In this document: piece after piece, positions 1-14,655 of the stretch
Position numbering within the stretch: position 1 is the stretch's first letter
How the letters are laid out: each line of letters begins with the position of its first letter
Source: Eledone cirrhosa
Taxonomy: Eukaryota
Direction of reading: 5' to 3'
DNA: 64,000 bases
Assembly: GCA_964016885.1 (NCBI GenBank)
Contig: OZ024741.1
Location: 46,500,001 to 46,564,000, forward strand
Made by a program: the position numbers and the translations under genes
Notes under the pieces: model-generated
Databases searched by the model: none
What the model saw: the letters and a program-made list of their open reading frames with translations, nothing else
What the model was told of the DNA's origin: nothing

Positions 1-457
1 AATTCTTCATTTTATTTGCTTTGACGTCATTTAAAATTTCTGCGCTGTAAAATTAATTTTCATAAAATTACATTTCAAAACATAAAAGTTGAAATGCATA
101 AATTAAATAAAACTGATGACTCCTTGAAATAGCAATATCTATTTTTTTTAAATCATTTCAAAATTATTTTTCTCCTTATTTCATTTTTTTTTTTATTTGT
201 TTCTCTTCTTTTAAAGCTTCTTTCGTTATCCTCTTCTGTTTCCCACTACTATATGTAACTAAAACCTCATGCAAATGTATGAACAGAAACTACCGTCCAT
301 GATTTCAAAACTTTCAGAATAAAAATACATTGATGAATGACTTTAGGTTGGTTAATGGTGGAGAGTTAAAGAATTGCTGTCTTTCTGTTACAGTAATATT
401 TCCCTTCATTTATTACTAACATCATACTGCATATTTATGTGTTATTTTTTATATTCG

Positions 458-780
<323 letters not shown>

Positions 781-1133
781 GATTTTTATTCTGACGTCTT
801 TAAATAAATATTGTAAGTAAAAGAAAAAGACAAGAAATACTTCTATTTTCAAACATAAAACCGATGTAACGTGAACAAGAAGAAGAAGCCTTTAAAGAAA
901 ACATCTTTATTTTGTTTGAACATATGTAGAAAAATATGATTAATATTCTCTAGGTTTAACCAAGTACTCTAGCAACGCTATCATCACATTAAACTATACC
1001 CCCCCCCCCACACACACACACACAATTCTACTGTTGCTGTTCGTTACGGTATATGAAGGAGAACCCAGCTTTCTCTGTTCTCAATTATTTTAATTTCATA
1101 AAATTCATAAATTCCTTCAAATTACTAATTTTA

Positions 1134-1615
1134 ATTGGCAGTAATCGATGGAGCGTCGAAATACATGCTTTATGGCATAGAGTTACGACCCTTTACGATT
1201 TAGTTCAAATCCTACCGATGTTAGCTTTGCCGATCCCGATAAAATAGACGCCCCAGGCTATTTTGCCGGTAAGAGTCTCGGACAACATGCCTTGCAGCAT
1301 AGAGTTGCAGACCTTTACGGATGCCTTGCAGCATAGAGTTGCAGACCTTTACGGTCTGAGTTCTAACCCTACCGATGTTAGCTTTGCATTTCATCCTTAT
1401 GGAGTCGACAAAATAAATTGTTGGTCTTGTTCCTAAATCAGAAACCAATATTTTGTTAAGTATCGGTACAACGTAGGACAACAGGCTTTATGGCATTGAG
1501 TTACAGCCCTTTACAATCCTGCCGATGTCTGGTAATGCACTGGGGTCGATTTTATCGACATTTCCCCCTTCCCACAAAATTATTGACCTTTTGCCTAAAT
1601 CAGAAACCATTATTT
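1134..1615 (+). mobile_element. Cluster of degenerate tRNA-derived SINE fragments (octopus-type family A)
   Basis: Repeated gttcaaatcc...ttagctttgc(c/a)tttcatcc...gtcga(t/c)aaaata...cctaaatcagaaacc motifs, shared with the better copy at 31162-31345. Confidence 0.7.
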
Positions 1616-1647
1616 GTTTGTTTAAGCAGCAGGCTGTTGCGTTAATG

Positions 1648-4600
1648 CAGTGATTCTCAACCAGTGTGCCGCGAGATCTTCCTATGTTGCCGCGAAATTT
1701 TGAACGGCACACTAAGAAAATGCGATTACGTTCAATGGAAGAATAAATGAGGGTGTGTCTGTCTCATATTCGACCAAACTTTGAACGGCACAAATTTCTC
1801 ACTAAAGAAGCCAGCTATTTGACTGATGATATTCGAAACACTGAAACAAAATAAGTTCATAGCTGTGTTTTTCTTTATTTAGTTTGAGTCATTCTATGTG
1901 TCTATGACTAGTCTGTGCCTACGGTTGTATGCCGTCTATGACTAGTCTGTGTCTACGGTTGTATGCCGTCTATGACTAGTCTGTGCCTACGGTTGTATGC
2001 CGTCTATGACTAGTCTGTGCCTACGGTTGTATGCCGTCTATGACTAGTCTGTGTCTACGGTTGTATGCCGTCTATGACTAGTCTGTGTCTACGGTTGTAT
2101 GCCGTCTATGACTAGTCTGTGTCTACGGTTGTATGCCGTCTATGACTAGTCTGTGTCTACGGTTGTATGCCGTCTATGACTAGTCTGTGCCTACGGTTGT
2201 ATGCCGTCTATGACTAGTCTGTGCCTACGGTTGTATGCCGTCTATGACTAGTCTGTGTCTACGGTTGTATGCCGTCTATGACTAGTCTGTGCCTACGGTT
2301 GTATGCCGTCTATGACTAGTCTGTGCCTACGGTTGTATGCCGTCTATGACTAGTCTGTGTCTACGGTTGTATGCCGTCTATGACTAGTCTGTGCCTACGG
2401 TTGTATGCCGTCTATGACTAGTCTGTGTCTACGGTTGTATGCCGTCTATGACTAGTCTGTGTCTACGGTTGTATGCCGTCTATGACTAGTCTGTGCCTAC
2501 GGTTGTATGCCGTCTATGACTAGTCTGTGCCTACGGTTGTATGCCGTCTATGACTAGTCTGTGTCTACGGTTGTATGCCGTCTATGACTAGTCTGTGTCT
2601 ACGGTTGTATGCCGTCTATGACTAGTCTGTGCCTACGGTTGTATGCCGTCTATGACTAGTCTGTGCCTACGGTTGTATGCCGTCTATGACTAGTCTGTGT
2701 CTACGGTTGTATGCCGTCTATGACTAGTCTGTGCCTACGGTTGTATGCCGTCTATGACTAGTCTGTGCCTACGGTTGTATGCCGTCTATGACTAGTCTGT
2801 GCCTACGGTTGTATGCCGTCTATGACTAGTCTGTGTCTACGGTTGTATGCCGTCTATGACTAGTCTGTGTCTACGGTTGTATGCCGTCTATGACTAGTCT
2901 GTGCCTACAGTTGTATGCCGTCTATGACTAGTCTGTGCCTACGGTTGTATGCCGTCTATGACTAGTCTGTGCCTACGGTTGTATGCCGTCTATGACTAGT
3001 CTGTGCCTACGGTTGTATGCCGTCTATGACTAGTCTGTGTCTACGGTTGTATGCCGTATATGACTAGTCTGTGTCTACGGTTGTATGCCGTCTATGACTA
3101 GTCTGTGTCTACGGTTGTATGCCGTCTATGACTAGTCTGTTCCTACGGTTGTATGCCGTCTATGACTAGTCTGTGCCTACGGTTGTATGCCGTCTATGAC
3201 TAGTCTGTGCCTACGGTTGTATGCCGTCTATGACTAGTCTGTGTCTACGGTTGTATGCCGTCTATGACTAGTCTGTGCCTACAGTTGTATGCCGTCTATG
3301 ACTAGTCTGTGCCTACGGTTGTATGCTGTCTATGACTAGTCTGTGTCTACGGTTGTATGCCGTCTATGACTAGTCTGAGTCTACGGTTGTATGCCGTCTA
3401 TGACTAGTCTGTGTCTACGGTTGTATGCCGTCTATGACTAGTCTGTGCCTACGGTTGTATGCCGTCTATGACTAGTCTGTGCCTACGGTTGTATGCCGTC
3501 TATGACTAGTCTGTGTCTACGGTTGTATGCCGTCTATAACTAGTCTGTGCCTACGGTTGTATGCCGCCTATGACTAGTCTGTGTCTACGGTTGTATGCCG
3601 TCTATGACTAGTCTGTGTCTACGGTTGTATGCCGTCTATGACTAGTCTGTGTCTACGGTTGTATGCCGTCTATGACTAGTCTGTGTCTACGGTTGTATGC
3701 CGCCTATGACTAGTCTGTGTCTACGGTTGTATGCCGTCTATGACTAGTCTGTGCCTACGGTTGTATGCCGTCTATGACTAGTCTGTGCCTACGGTTGTAT
3801 GCCGTCTATGACTAGTCTGTGCCTACGGTTGTATGCCGTCTATGACTAGTCTGTGCCTACGGTTGTATGCCGTCTATGACTAGTCTGTGCCTACGGTTGT
3901 ATGCCGTCTATGACTAGTCTGTGTCTACGGTTGTATGCCGTCTATGACTAGTCTGTGTCTACGGTTGTATGCCGTCTATGACTAGTCTGTGCCTACGGTT
4001 GTATGCCGTCTATGACTAGTCTGTGCCTACGGTTGTATGCCGTCTATGACTAGTCTGTGCCTACGGTTGTATGCCGTCTATGACTAGTCTGTGCCTACGG
4101 TTTTATGCCGTCTATGACTAGTCTGTGCCTACGGTTGTATGCCGTCTATGACTAGTCTGTGTCTACGGTTGTATGCCGTCTATGACTAGTCTGTGCCTAC
4201 GGTTGTATGCCGTCTATGACTAGTCTGTGCCTACGGTTGTATGCCGTCTATGACTAGTCTGTGCCTACGGTTGTATGCCGTCTATGACTAGTCTGTGCCT
4301 ACGGTTGTATGCCGTCTATGACTAGTCTGTGTCTACGGTTGTATGCCGTCTATGACTAGTCTGTGTCTACGGTTGTATGCCGTCTATGACTAGTCTGTGC
4401 CTACGGTTGTATGCCGTCTATGACTAGTCTGTGCCTACGGTTGTATGCCGTCTATGACTAGTCTGTGCCTACGGTTGTATGCCGTCTATGACTAGTCTGT
4501 GCCTACGGTTGTATGCCGTCTATGACTAGTCTGTGCCTACGGTTGTATGCCGTCTATGACTAGTCTGTGTCTACGGTTGTATGCCGTCTATGACTAGTCT

Positions 4601-7600
4601 GTGTCTACGGTTGTATGCCGTCTATGACTAGTCTGTGCCTACGGTTGTATGCCGTCTATGACTAGTCTGTGTCTACGGTTGTATGCCGTCTATGACTAGT
4701 CTGTGTCTACGGTTGTATGCCGTCTATGACTAGTCTGTGTCTACGGTTGTATGCCGTCTATGACTAGTCTTTGTCTACGGTTGTATGCCGTCTATGACTA
4801 GTCTGTGTCTACGGTTGTATGCCGTCTATGACTAGTCTGTGCCTACGGTTGTATGCCGTCTATGACTAGTCTGTGCCTACGGTTGTATGCCGTCTATGAC
4901 TAGTCTGTGCCTACGGTTGTATGCCGTCTATAACTAGTTTGTGCCTACGGTTGTATGCCGTCTATGACTAGTCTGTGTCTACGGTTGTATGCCGTCTATG
5001 ACTAGTCTGTGTCTACGGTTGTATGCCGTCTATGACTAGTCTGTGTCTACGGTTGTATGCCGTCTATGACTATTCTGTGCCTACGGTTGTATGCCGTCTA
5101 TGACTAGTCTGTGCCTACGGATGTATGCCGTCTATGACTAGTCTGTGTATACGGTTGTATGCCGTCTATGACTAGTCTGTGCCTACGGTTGTATGCCGTC
5201 TATGACTAGTCTGTGCCTACGGTTGTATGCCGTCTATGACTAGTCTGTGCCTACGGTTGTATGCCGTCTATGACTAGTCTGTGCCTACGGCTGTATGCCG
5301 TCTATGACTAGTCTGTGTCTACGGTTGTATGCCGTCTAAGACTAGTCTGTGTCTACGGTTGTATGCCGTCTATGACTAGTCTGTGTCTACGGTTGTATGC
5401 CGTCTATGACTAGTCTGTGCCTACGGTTGTATGCCGTCTATGACTAGTCTGTGTCTACGGTTGTATGTCGTCTATGACTAGTCTGTGCCTACGGTTGTAT
5501 GCCGTCTATGACTAGTCTGTGCCTACGGTTGTATGCCGTCTATGACTAGTCTGTGTCTACGGATGTATGCCGTCTATGACTAGTCTGTGTCTACGGTTGT
5601 ATGCCGTCTATGACTAGTCTGTGCCTACGGTTGTATGCCGTCTATAACTAGTCTGTGTCTACGGTTGTATGCCGTCTATGACTAGTCTGTGTCTACGGTT
5701 GTATGCCGTCTATGACTAGGCTGTGCCTACGGTTGTATGCCGTCTATGACTAGTCTGTGCCAAAGGTTGTATGCCGTCTATGACTAGTCTGTGCCTACGG
5801 TTGTATGCCGTCTATGACTAGTCTGTGTCTACGGTTGTATGCCGTCTATGACTAGTCTGTGCCTACGGTTGTATGCCGTCTATGACTAGTCTGTGCCTTC
5901 GGTTGTATGCCGTCTATGACTAGTCTGTGTCTACGGTTGTATGCCGTCTATGACTAGTCTGTGTCTACGGTTGTATGCCGTCTATGATTAGTCTGTGTCT
6001 ACGGTTGTATGCCGTCTATGACTAGTCTGTGCCTACGGTTGTATGCCGTCTATGACTAGTCTGTGCCTACGGTTGTATGCCGATATGACTAGTCTGTGTC
6101 TACGGTTGTATGCCGTCTATGACTAGTCTGTGCCTACGGTTGTATGCCGTCTATGACTAGTCTGTGTCTACGGTTGTATGCCGTCTATGACTAGTCTGTG
6201 TCTACGGTTGTATGCCGTCTATGACTAGTCTGTGTCTACGGTTGTATGCCGTCTATGACTAGTCTGTGCCTACGGTTGTATGCCGTCTATGACTAGTCTG
6301 TGCCTTCGGTTGTATGCCGTCTATGACTAGTCTGTGTCTACGGTTGTATGCCGTCTATGACTAGTCTGTGTCTACGGTTGTATGCCGTCTATGATTAGTC
6401 TGTGTCTACGGTTGTATGCCGTCTATGACTAGTCTGTGTCTACGGTTGTATGCCGTCTATGACTAGTCTGTGTCTACGGTTGTATGCCGTCTATGACTAG
6501 TCTGTGTCTACGGTTGTATGCCGTCTATGACTAGTCTGTGCCTACGGTTGTATGCCGTCTATGACTAGTCTGTGTCTACGGTTGTATGCCGTCTATGACT
6601 AGTCTGTGTCTACGGTTGTATGCCGTCTATGACTAGTCTGTGCCTACGGTTGTATGCCGTCTATGACTAGTCTGTGTCTACGGTTGTATGCCGTCTATGA
6701 CTAGTCTGTGTCTACGGTTGTATGCCGTCTATGACTAGTCTGTGTCTACGGTTGTATGCCGTCTATGACTTGTCTGTGTCTACGGTTGTACGCCGTCTAT
6801 GACTAGTCTGTGTCTACGGTTGTATGCCGTCTATGACTAGTCTGTGTCTACGGTTGTATGCCGTCTATGACTAGTCTGTGCCTACGGTTGTATGCCGTCT
6901 ATGACTAGTCTGTGCCTACGGTTGTATGCCGTCTATGACTAGTCTGTGCCTACGGTTGTATGCCGTCTATGACTAGTCTGTGCCTACGGTTGTATGCCGT
7001 CTATGACTAGTCTGTGCCTACGGTTGTATGCCGTCTATGACTAGTCTGTGCCTACGGTTGTATGCCGTCTATGACTAGTCTGTGCCTACGGTTGTATGCC
7101 GTCTATGACTAGTCTGTGTCTACGGTTGTATGCCGTCTATGACTAGTCTGTGCCTACGGTTGTATGCCGTCTATGACTAGTCTGTGCCTACGATTGTATG
7201 CCGTCTATGACTAGTCTGTGCCTACGGTTGTATGCCGTCTATGACTAGTCTGTTCTACGGTTGTATGCCGTCTATGACTAGTCTGTGCCTACGGTTGTAT
7301 GCCGTCTATGACTAGTCTGTGCCTACGGTTGTATGCCGTCTATGACTAGTCTGTGCCTACGGTTGTATGCCGACTATGACTAGTCTGTGTCTACGGTTGT
7401 ATGCCGTCTATGACTAGTCTGTGTCTACGGTTGTATGCCGTCTATGACTAGTCTGTGTCTACGGTTGTATGCCGTCTATGACTAGTCTGTGCCTACGGTT
7501 GTATGCCGTCTATGACTAGTCTGTGTCTACGGTTGTATGCCGTCTATGACTAGTCTGTGTCTACGGTTGTATGCCGTCTATGACTAGTCTGTGCCTACGG

Positions 7601-8790
7601 TTGTATGCCGTCTATGACTAGTCTGTGTCTACGGTTGTATGCCGTCTATGACTAGTCTGTGTCTACGGTTGTATGCCGTCTATGACTAGTCTGTGTCTAC
7701 GGTTGTATGCCGTCTATGACTTGTCTGTGTCTACGGTTGTACGCTGTCTATGACTAGTCTGTGTCTACGGTTGTATGCCGTCTATGACTAGTCTGTGTCT
7801 ACGGTTGTATGCCGTCTATGACTAGTCTGTGCCTACGGTTGTATGCCGTCTATGACTAGTCTGTGTCTACGGTTGTATGCCGTCTATGACTAGTCTGTGC
7901 CTACGGTTGTATGCCGTCTATGACTAGTCTGTGTCTACGGTTGTATGCCGTCTATGACTAGTCTGTGTCTACGGTTGTATGCCGTCTATGACTAGTCTGT
8001 GCCTACGGTTGTATGCCGTCTATGACTAGTCTGTGTCTACGGTTGTATGCCGTCTATGACTAATCTGTGCCTACGGTTGTATGCCGTCTATGACTAGTCT
8101 GTGCCTACGGTTGTATGCCGTCTATGACTAGTCTGTGCCTACGGTTGTATGCCGTCTATGACTAGTCTGTGCCTACGGTTGTATGCCGTCTATGACTAGT
8201 CTGTGTCTACGGTTGTATGCCGTCTATGACTAGTCTGTGTCTACGGTTGTATGCCGTCTGTGACTAGTCTGTGCCTACGGTTGTATGCCGTCTATGACTA
8301 GTCTGTGCCTACGGTTGTATGCCGTCTATGACTAGTCTGTGTCTACGGTTGTATGCCGTCTATGACTAGTCTGTGCCTACGGTTGTATGCCGTCTATGAC
8401 TAGTCTGTGCCTACGGTTGTATGCCGTCTATGACTAGTCTGTGTCTACGGTTGTATGCCGTCTATGACTAGTCTGTGTCTACGGTTGTATGCCGTCTATG
8501 ACTAGTCTGTGTCTACGGTTGTATGCCGTCTATGACTAGTCTGTGTCTACGGTTGTATGCCGTCTATGACTAGTCTGTGCCTACGGTTGTATGCCGTCTA
8601 TGACTAGTCTGTGCCTACGGTTGTATGCCGTCTATGACTAGTCTGTGTCTACGGTTGTATGCCGTCTATGACTTGCCATGTTTTTATTTTGTAAAATTCA
8701 AATATTTTTCATATATATTTAGCCTGGTGTGCCGCTATTTTTTCATGTGTTCTAAGGTGTGCCGTTGGCAAAAAAGGTTGAGAACCATTG
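1648..8790 (+). mobile_element. Non-autonomous hAT (Buster/Charlie-type) DNA transposon containing a satellite array
   Basis: TIRs cagtgattctcaacc (1648-1662) and ggttgagaaccattg (8776-8790), 13/15 match; 8-bp TSD cgtTAatg (1640-1647) / ggtTAatg (8791-8798) with central TA; subterminal gtgtgccg motifs at both ends; ~1720-1790 translates to RLRSMEE*MRVCLSHIRPNFE, resembling the Buster transposase C-terminus. Confidence 0.85.
1900..8673. repeat. 34-bp tandem satellite, ~199 copies (gtctatgactagtctgtgYctacggttgtatgcc)
   Basis: Head-to-tail unit read directly; one dimorphic C/T site, rare other variants, no spacers. Confidence 0.98.
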
Positions 8791-9008
8791 GGTTAATGGA
8801 ACAACTGGGACACATATCGAAACCGACGGAGGCCCATAGGTACGGGTGGGGGAGCTACCTTCGTGTGTTTTATAGAAAGATTTCCTATTGATATTAATTC
8901 TTTAAAATCTTATCTTATCTTATTCATAATTTTCATATTTAGAATTTTCTATTTTAAAATCTTTTATATATTCCCTGTTCATATTTTCTCGCTTGTATTG
9001 TTCTGATT

Positions 9009-10100
9009 TGGTGGCGGTGGTGGGGTGGGGTTGGGTTAGGGGTGGGGGTGGGGTGGGGTGGGGGGTTATAATTTGGTGGTGGTCGTCGTGGTCGTGGTCG
9101 TGGTGGTGGTGGTGGTGGTGATGGTAGTAGAGGTGGAGGAGGTGATGCGGTTGTTCTGATTTGGCGGTGGTGGTCGTCGTCGACGTCGTGGTTGTGGTTG
9201 TGGTGGTGGGATGATGGAGGTGAGGGAGGTGGTGGTGTTGTTGTTGGTGGTGGTGGTGTTTGTGGTGGTGGTGGTGGTGGTTTTTATTTGGTGGTGGTCG
9301 TTGTCGTGGTAATGATTCTGATTTAGTGGTGATGGTGATGGTGATGGTGGTTGATGTTGTTGGTGGTGGTGGTGGTGGCGGTAGTGGGGAGGGTCTGATT
9401 TAGTGGTGATGGTTGTTGTCGGTTGTGGTCTTGTTGTTGTTATTGGTGGTGGTGGTGGCGTTGTTGTTGTTAGTAGTGGTGGTGTTGTTTTTGTTGTTGT
9501 TGGTGGTGGTGGTGGTGGTGGTGGGGAGGGTCTGATTTAGTGGTAATGGTTGTTGGTGGTGGTGGTCTTGTTGTTGTTGTTGGTGGTGGTGGTGGCGTTG
9601 TTGTTGTTAGTAGTGGTGGTGTTGTTTTTGTTGTTGTTGTTGGTGGTGGTGGTGGTGGTGGTGGGGAGGGTCTGATTTAGTGGTGATGGTTGTTGGTGGT
9701 GGTGGTCTTGTTGTTGTTGTTGGTGGTGGTGGTGGAGTTGCTGTTGTTGTTAGTGGTGGTGGTGATGTTGTTGTTGTTGTTGGTGGTGGTGGTCTTGTTG
9801 TTGTTGTTGGTGGTGGTGGTGTTGTTTTGTTGTTGTTGGTGGTGGTGGTGTTGTTGTTGTTGTTGGTGGTGGTGTTGTTGTTAGTGGTGGTGGTGGTGTT
9901 TTTGTTGGTGGTGGTGGTGGTGTTGTTTTTGTTGGTGGTGGTGGTAGTGGTGGTGGTGGGGTTCTCGTCGTCGTCGTCATCGCTGTTGTTGTTGTTGCTG
10001 CTCCTGATGTTGTTATTGTTGTCGTCATCGTCTTCGTCGTCGTTGTTTCTATTGCTGCTGATTATGATGTTTTTGTTGTTGCTGCTGACATGTTGCAGAT
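9009..10100. repeat. (GGT)n/(GTT)n low-complexity tract with ~140-bp subrepeats
   Basis: Marker ggggagggtctgatttagtggt recurs at ~9386, ~9522 and ~9663. Confidence 0.9.
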
Positions 10101-10213
10101 GATGATGTTGCTGCTGTTGCTGTTGTTGTTGTTGTTGTTGCTGTTGTTGTTGTTGTTGTTGTTGTTGTTATTGTTGCTGTTGTTGTTGTCGTTGTTGTTG
10201 CTGTTGCTGCTGT

Positions 10214-10276
<63 letters not shown>

Positions 10277-10285
10277 AGGTGCTGT

Positions 10286-10326
<41 letters not shown>

Positions 10327-10693
10327 TTCTTCTTCTTCTTTTCTTCTTCTTGTTATTGTTGTTGTTGTTGTCGTTGTTGTTGTCGTTGTTGTTGCTGTTG
10401 TTGTTGTTGTTGTTGTTATTCTTATTCTTCTTGTTATTGTTGTTGTTGTTGCTGTTGTCGTTGTTGTTGTTGTTGTCGTTGTTGTTGCTGTTGTTGTTGT
10501 TGCTGTTGCTGTTGTTGCTGTTGTTGTTGCTGTTGTTGCTGTTGTTGTTGCTGTTGTTGTTGTTGCTGTTGTGCTGTTGCTGTTGTTGCTGTTGTTGTTG
10601 CTGTTGTTGTTGTTGTTGTTGTTGTTGCTGTTGTTGTTGTTGCTGTTGCTGTTGTTGCTGTTGTGCTGTTGCTGTTGTTGCTGTTGTTGTTGC

Positions 10694-10724
<31 letters not shown>

Positions 10725-10816
10725 GCTGTTGTTGTAGTTGCTGTTGTTGTTGTTGTCGTTGTCGTTGTTGTTGTTGTTGTTGTTGCTGTTGTTGTTGTTG
10801 TTGTTGCTGTTGTTGC

Positions 10817-10851
<35 letters not shown>

Positions 10852-11460
10852 CTGTTGTTGTTGTTGCTGTTGCTGTTGTTGCTGTTGTTGTTGTTGCTGT
10901 TGCTGAGGTTGTTGTTGTTGTTGTTGCTGTTGTTGTTGTTGCTGTTGCTGTTGTTGCTGTTGTTGTTGTTGTTGCTGTTGCTGTTGTTGCTGTTGCTGTT
11001 GTTGTTGTTGTTGCTGTTGCTGCTGTTGCTGTTGTTGTTGTTGCTGTTGCTGTTGTTGCTGTTGCTGTTGCTGCTGTTCCTGTCGTTGTTGTTGTTGTCG
11101 TTGTTGTTGCTGTTGTTGTTGCTGTTGTTGCTGTTGTTGTTGTTGTTGCTGTTGTTGTTGTTGCTGTTGTTGTTGTTGCTGTTGCTGTTGTTGCTGTTGT
11201 TGTTGTTGCTGTTGCTGTTGTTGCTGTTGTTGTTGTTGCTGTTGTTGTTGTTGCTGTTGTTGTTGTTGCTGTTGCTGTTGTTGCTGTTGTTGTTGTTGCT
11301 GTTGTTGTTGTTGCTGTTGCTGTTGTTGCTGTTGTTGTTGTTGCTGTTGCTGTTGTTGCTGTTGTTGTTGTTGCTGTTGTTGCTGTTGCTGTTGCTGTTG
11401 TTGCTGTTGTTGTTGTTGCTGTTGCTGTTGTTGCTGTTGCTGTTGCTGCTGTTCCTGTCG

Positions 11461-11498
<38 letters not shown>

Positions 11499-11791
11499 GC
11501 TGTTGTTGCTGTTGTTGCTGTTGCTGTTGTTGCTGTTGCTGTTGTTGTTGTTGCTGTTGTTGTTGTTGCTGTTGCTGTTGTTGCTGTTGTTGTTGTTGCT
11601 GTTGCTATTGTTGCTGTTGCTGTTGCTGCTGTTCCTGTCGTTTTTGTTGCTGTTGTTGCTGTTGTTGTTGTTGTTGTTGATGCTGTTACTGTTGTTGTTG
11701 TTGTTGCTGTTGCTGTTGTTGCTGTTGTTGTTGTTATTGTTGTTGTTGCTGTTGCTGTTGCTGTTGTTGTTGTTGTTGTTGCTGTTGTTGC

Positions 11792-11822
<31 letters not shown>

Positions 11823-11872
11823 GCTGTTGTTGCTGTTGTTGTTGTTGCTGTTGTTGCTGTTGTTGTTGTTGC

Positions 11873-11930
<58 letters not shown>

Positions 11931-12043
11931 GCTGTTGTTGTTGTTGTTGCTGCTGTTGTTGTTGCTGTTGTTGTTGTTGTTGTTGTTGCTGTTGTTGTTG
12001 TTGCTGTTGTTGTTGTTGTTGTTGCTGTTGTTGTTGCTGTTGT

Positions 12044-12089
<46 letters not shown>

Positions 12090-12179
12090 GCTGTCGTTGC
12101 TGTTGTTGCTGTTGTTGTTGTTGTTGTTGTTGTTGCTGTTGTTGCTGTTGTTGTTGTTGTTGTTGTTGCTGTTGTTGCT

Positions 12180-12227
<48 letters not shown>

Positions 12228-12370
12228 GCTGTTGTTGTTGTTGTTGCTGTTGCTCTTGTTGCTGTTGTTGTTGTTGTTGCTGTTGTTGTTGTTGCTGTTG
12301 TTGTTGCTGTTGCTGTTGTTGTTGTTGCTGTTGTTGTTGCTGTTGTTGTTGTTGTTGTCGTTGTTGTTGC

Positions 12371-12404
<34 letters not shown>

Positions 12405-12424
12405 GCTGTCGTTGCTGTTGTTGC

Positions 12425-12461
<37 letters not shown>

Positions 12462-12932
12462 GCTGTTGTTGCTGTTGTTGCTGTTGTTGTTGTTGCTGTT
12501 GTTGCTGTTGTTGTTGTTGTTGTTGTTGCTGTTGTTGCTGTTGTTGTTGTTGCTGTTGTTGTTGCTGTTGTTGTTGTTGTTGTCGTTGTTGTAGCTGTTG
12601 CTGTTGTTGTTGTTGCTGTTGTTGTTGTTGCTGTTGCTGTTGTTGCTGTTGTTGTTGCTGTTGTTGCTGTTGTTGTTGCTGTTGTTGTTGTTGCTGTTGT
12701 GCTGTTGCTGTTGTTGCTGTTGTTGTTGCTGTTGTTGTTTTTGTTGTCGTTGTTGTTGCTGTTGTTGTTGTTGCTGTTGCTGTTGTTGCTGTTGCTGTTG
12801 TGCTGTTGTTGTTGTTGATGTTGCTGTTGTCGTTGTTGTTGCTGTTGTTGTTGCTGTTGTTGTTGTTGTCGTTGTCGTTGTTGTTGTTGTTGTTGTTGCT
12901 GTTGTTGTTGTTGTTGTTGTTGCTGTTGTTGC

Positions 12933-12967
<35 letters not shown>

Positions 12968-13290
12968 CTGTTGTTGTTGTTGCTGTTGCTGTTGTTGCTG
13001 TTGTTGCTGTTGCTGATGTTGTTGTTGTTGTTGTTGCTGTTGTTGTTGCTGTTGCTGTTGTTGCTGTTGTTGTTGTTGCTGTTGCTGTTGTTTCTGTTGC
13101 TGTTGTTGTTGCTGTTGTTGTTGTTGCTGTTGCTGTTGTTGCTGTTGCTGTTGTTGTTGTTGTTGCTGTTGCTGTTGTTGCTGTTGTTGTTGTTGCTGTT
13201 GCTGTTGTTGCTGTTGCTGTTGCTGCTGTTCCTGTCGTTGTTGTTGTTGTCGTTGTTGTTGCTGTTGTTGTTGCTGTTGTTGCTGTTGTT

Positions 13291-13325
<35 letters not shown>

Positions 13326-13663
13326 TGTTGTTGTTGCTGTTGCTGTTGTTGCTGTTGTTGTTGTTGCTGTTGCTGTTGTTGCTGTTGTTGTTGTTGCTGT
13401 TGTTGTTGTTGCTGTTGTTGTTGTTGCTGTTGCTGTTGTTGCTGTTGTTGTTGTTGCTGTTGTTGTTGTTGCTGTTGCTGTTGTTGCTGTTGTTGTTGTT
13501 GCTGTTGTTGTTGTTGCTGTTGCTGTTGTTGCTGTTGTTGTTGTTGCTGTTGCTGTTGTTGCTGTTGTTGTTGTTGCTGTTGTTGCTGTTGCTGTTGCTG
13601 TTGTTGCTGTTGTTGTTGTTGCTGTTGCTGTTGTTGCTGTTGCTGTTGCTGCTGTTCCTGTCG

Positions 13664-13704
<41 letters not shown>

Positions 13705-13988
13705 GCTGTTGTTGCTGTTGCTGTTATTGCTGTTGCTGTTGTTGTTGTTGCTGTTGTTGTTGTTGCTGTTGCTGTTGTTGCTGTTGTTGTTGTTGCTGTT
13801 GCTATTGTTGCTGTTGCTGTTGCTGCTGTTCCTGTCGTTTTTGTTGCTGTTGTTGCTGTTGTTGTTGTTGTTGTTGATGTTGTTACTGTTGTTGTTGTTT
13901 TTGTTGTTGCTGTTGTTGCTGTTGTTGTTGTTATTGTTGTTGTTGCTGTTGTTGTTGCTGTTGTTGTTGTTGTTGTTGCTGTTGTTGC

Positions 13989-14028
<40 letters not shown>

Positions 14029-14070
14029 GCTGTTGTTGCTGTTGTTGTTGTTGTTGTTGCTGTTGTTGCT

Positions 14071-14124
<54 letters not shown>

Positions 14125-14240
14125 GCTGTTGTTGTTGTTGTTGCTGCTGTTGTTGTTGCTGTTGTTGTTGTTGTTGTTGTTGTTGCTGTTGTTGTTGTTG
14201 CTGTTGTTGTTGTTGTTGTTGCTGTTGTTGTTGCTGTTGT

Positions 14241-14286
<46 letters not shown>

Positions 14287-14561
14287 GCTGTCGTTGCTGT
14301 TGTTGCTGTTGTTGTTGTTGTTGTTGTTGTTGCTGTTGTTGCTGTTGTTGTTGTTGTTGTTGTTGCTGTTGTTGCTGTTGTTGTTGTTGCTGCTGTTGCT
14401 GTTGTTGTTGTTGTTGTTGTTGCTGTTGTTGTTGTTGTTGCTGTTGCTGTTGTTGCTGTTGTTGTTGTTGTTGCTGTTGTTGTTGCTGTTGTTGTTGCTG
14501 TTGCTGTTGTTGTTGTTGCTGTTGTTGTTGCTGTTGTTGTTGTTGTTGTCGTTGTTGTTGC

Positions 14562-14601
<40 letters not shown>

Positions 14602-14621
14602 GCTGTCGTTGCTGTTGTTGC

Positions 14622-14655
<34 letters not shown>

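Noticed and set aside
1900-8673. CRISPR array (34-bp repeat with internal dyads gactagtc and acgg..ccgt)
   Set aside because: Repeats are contiguous with no unique spacers, no cas genes, eukaryotic context
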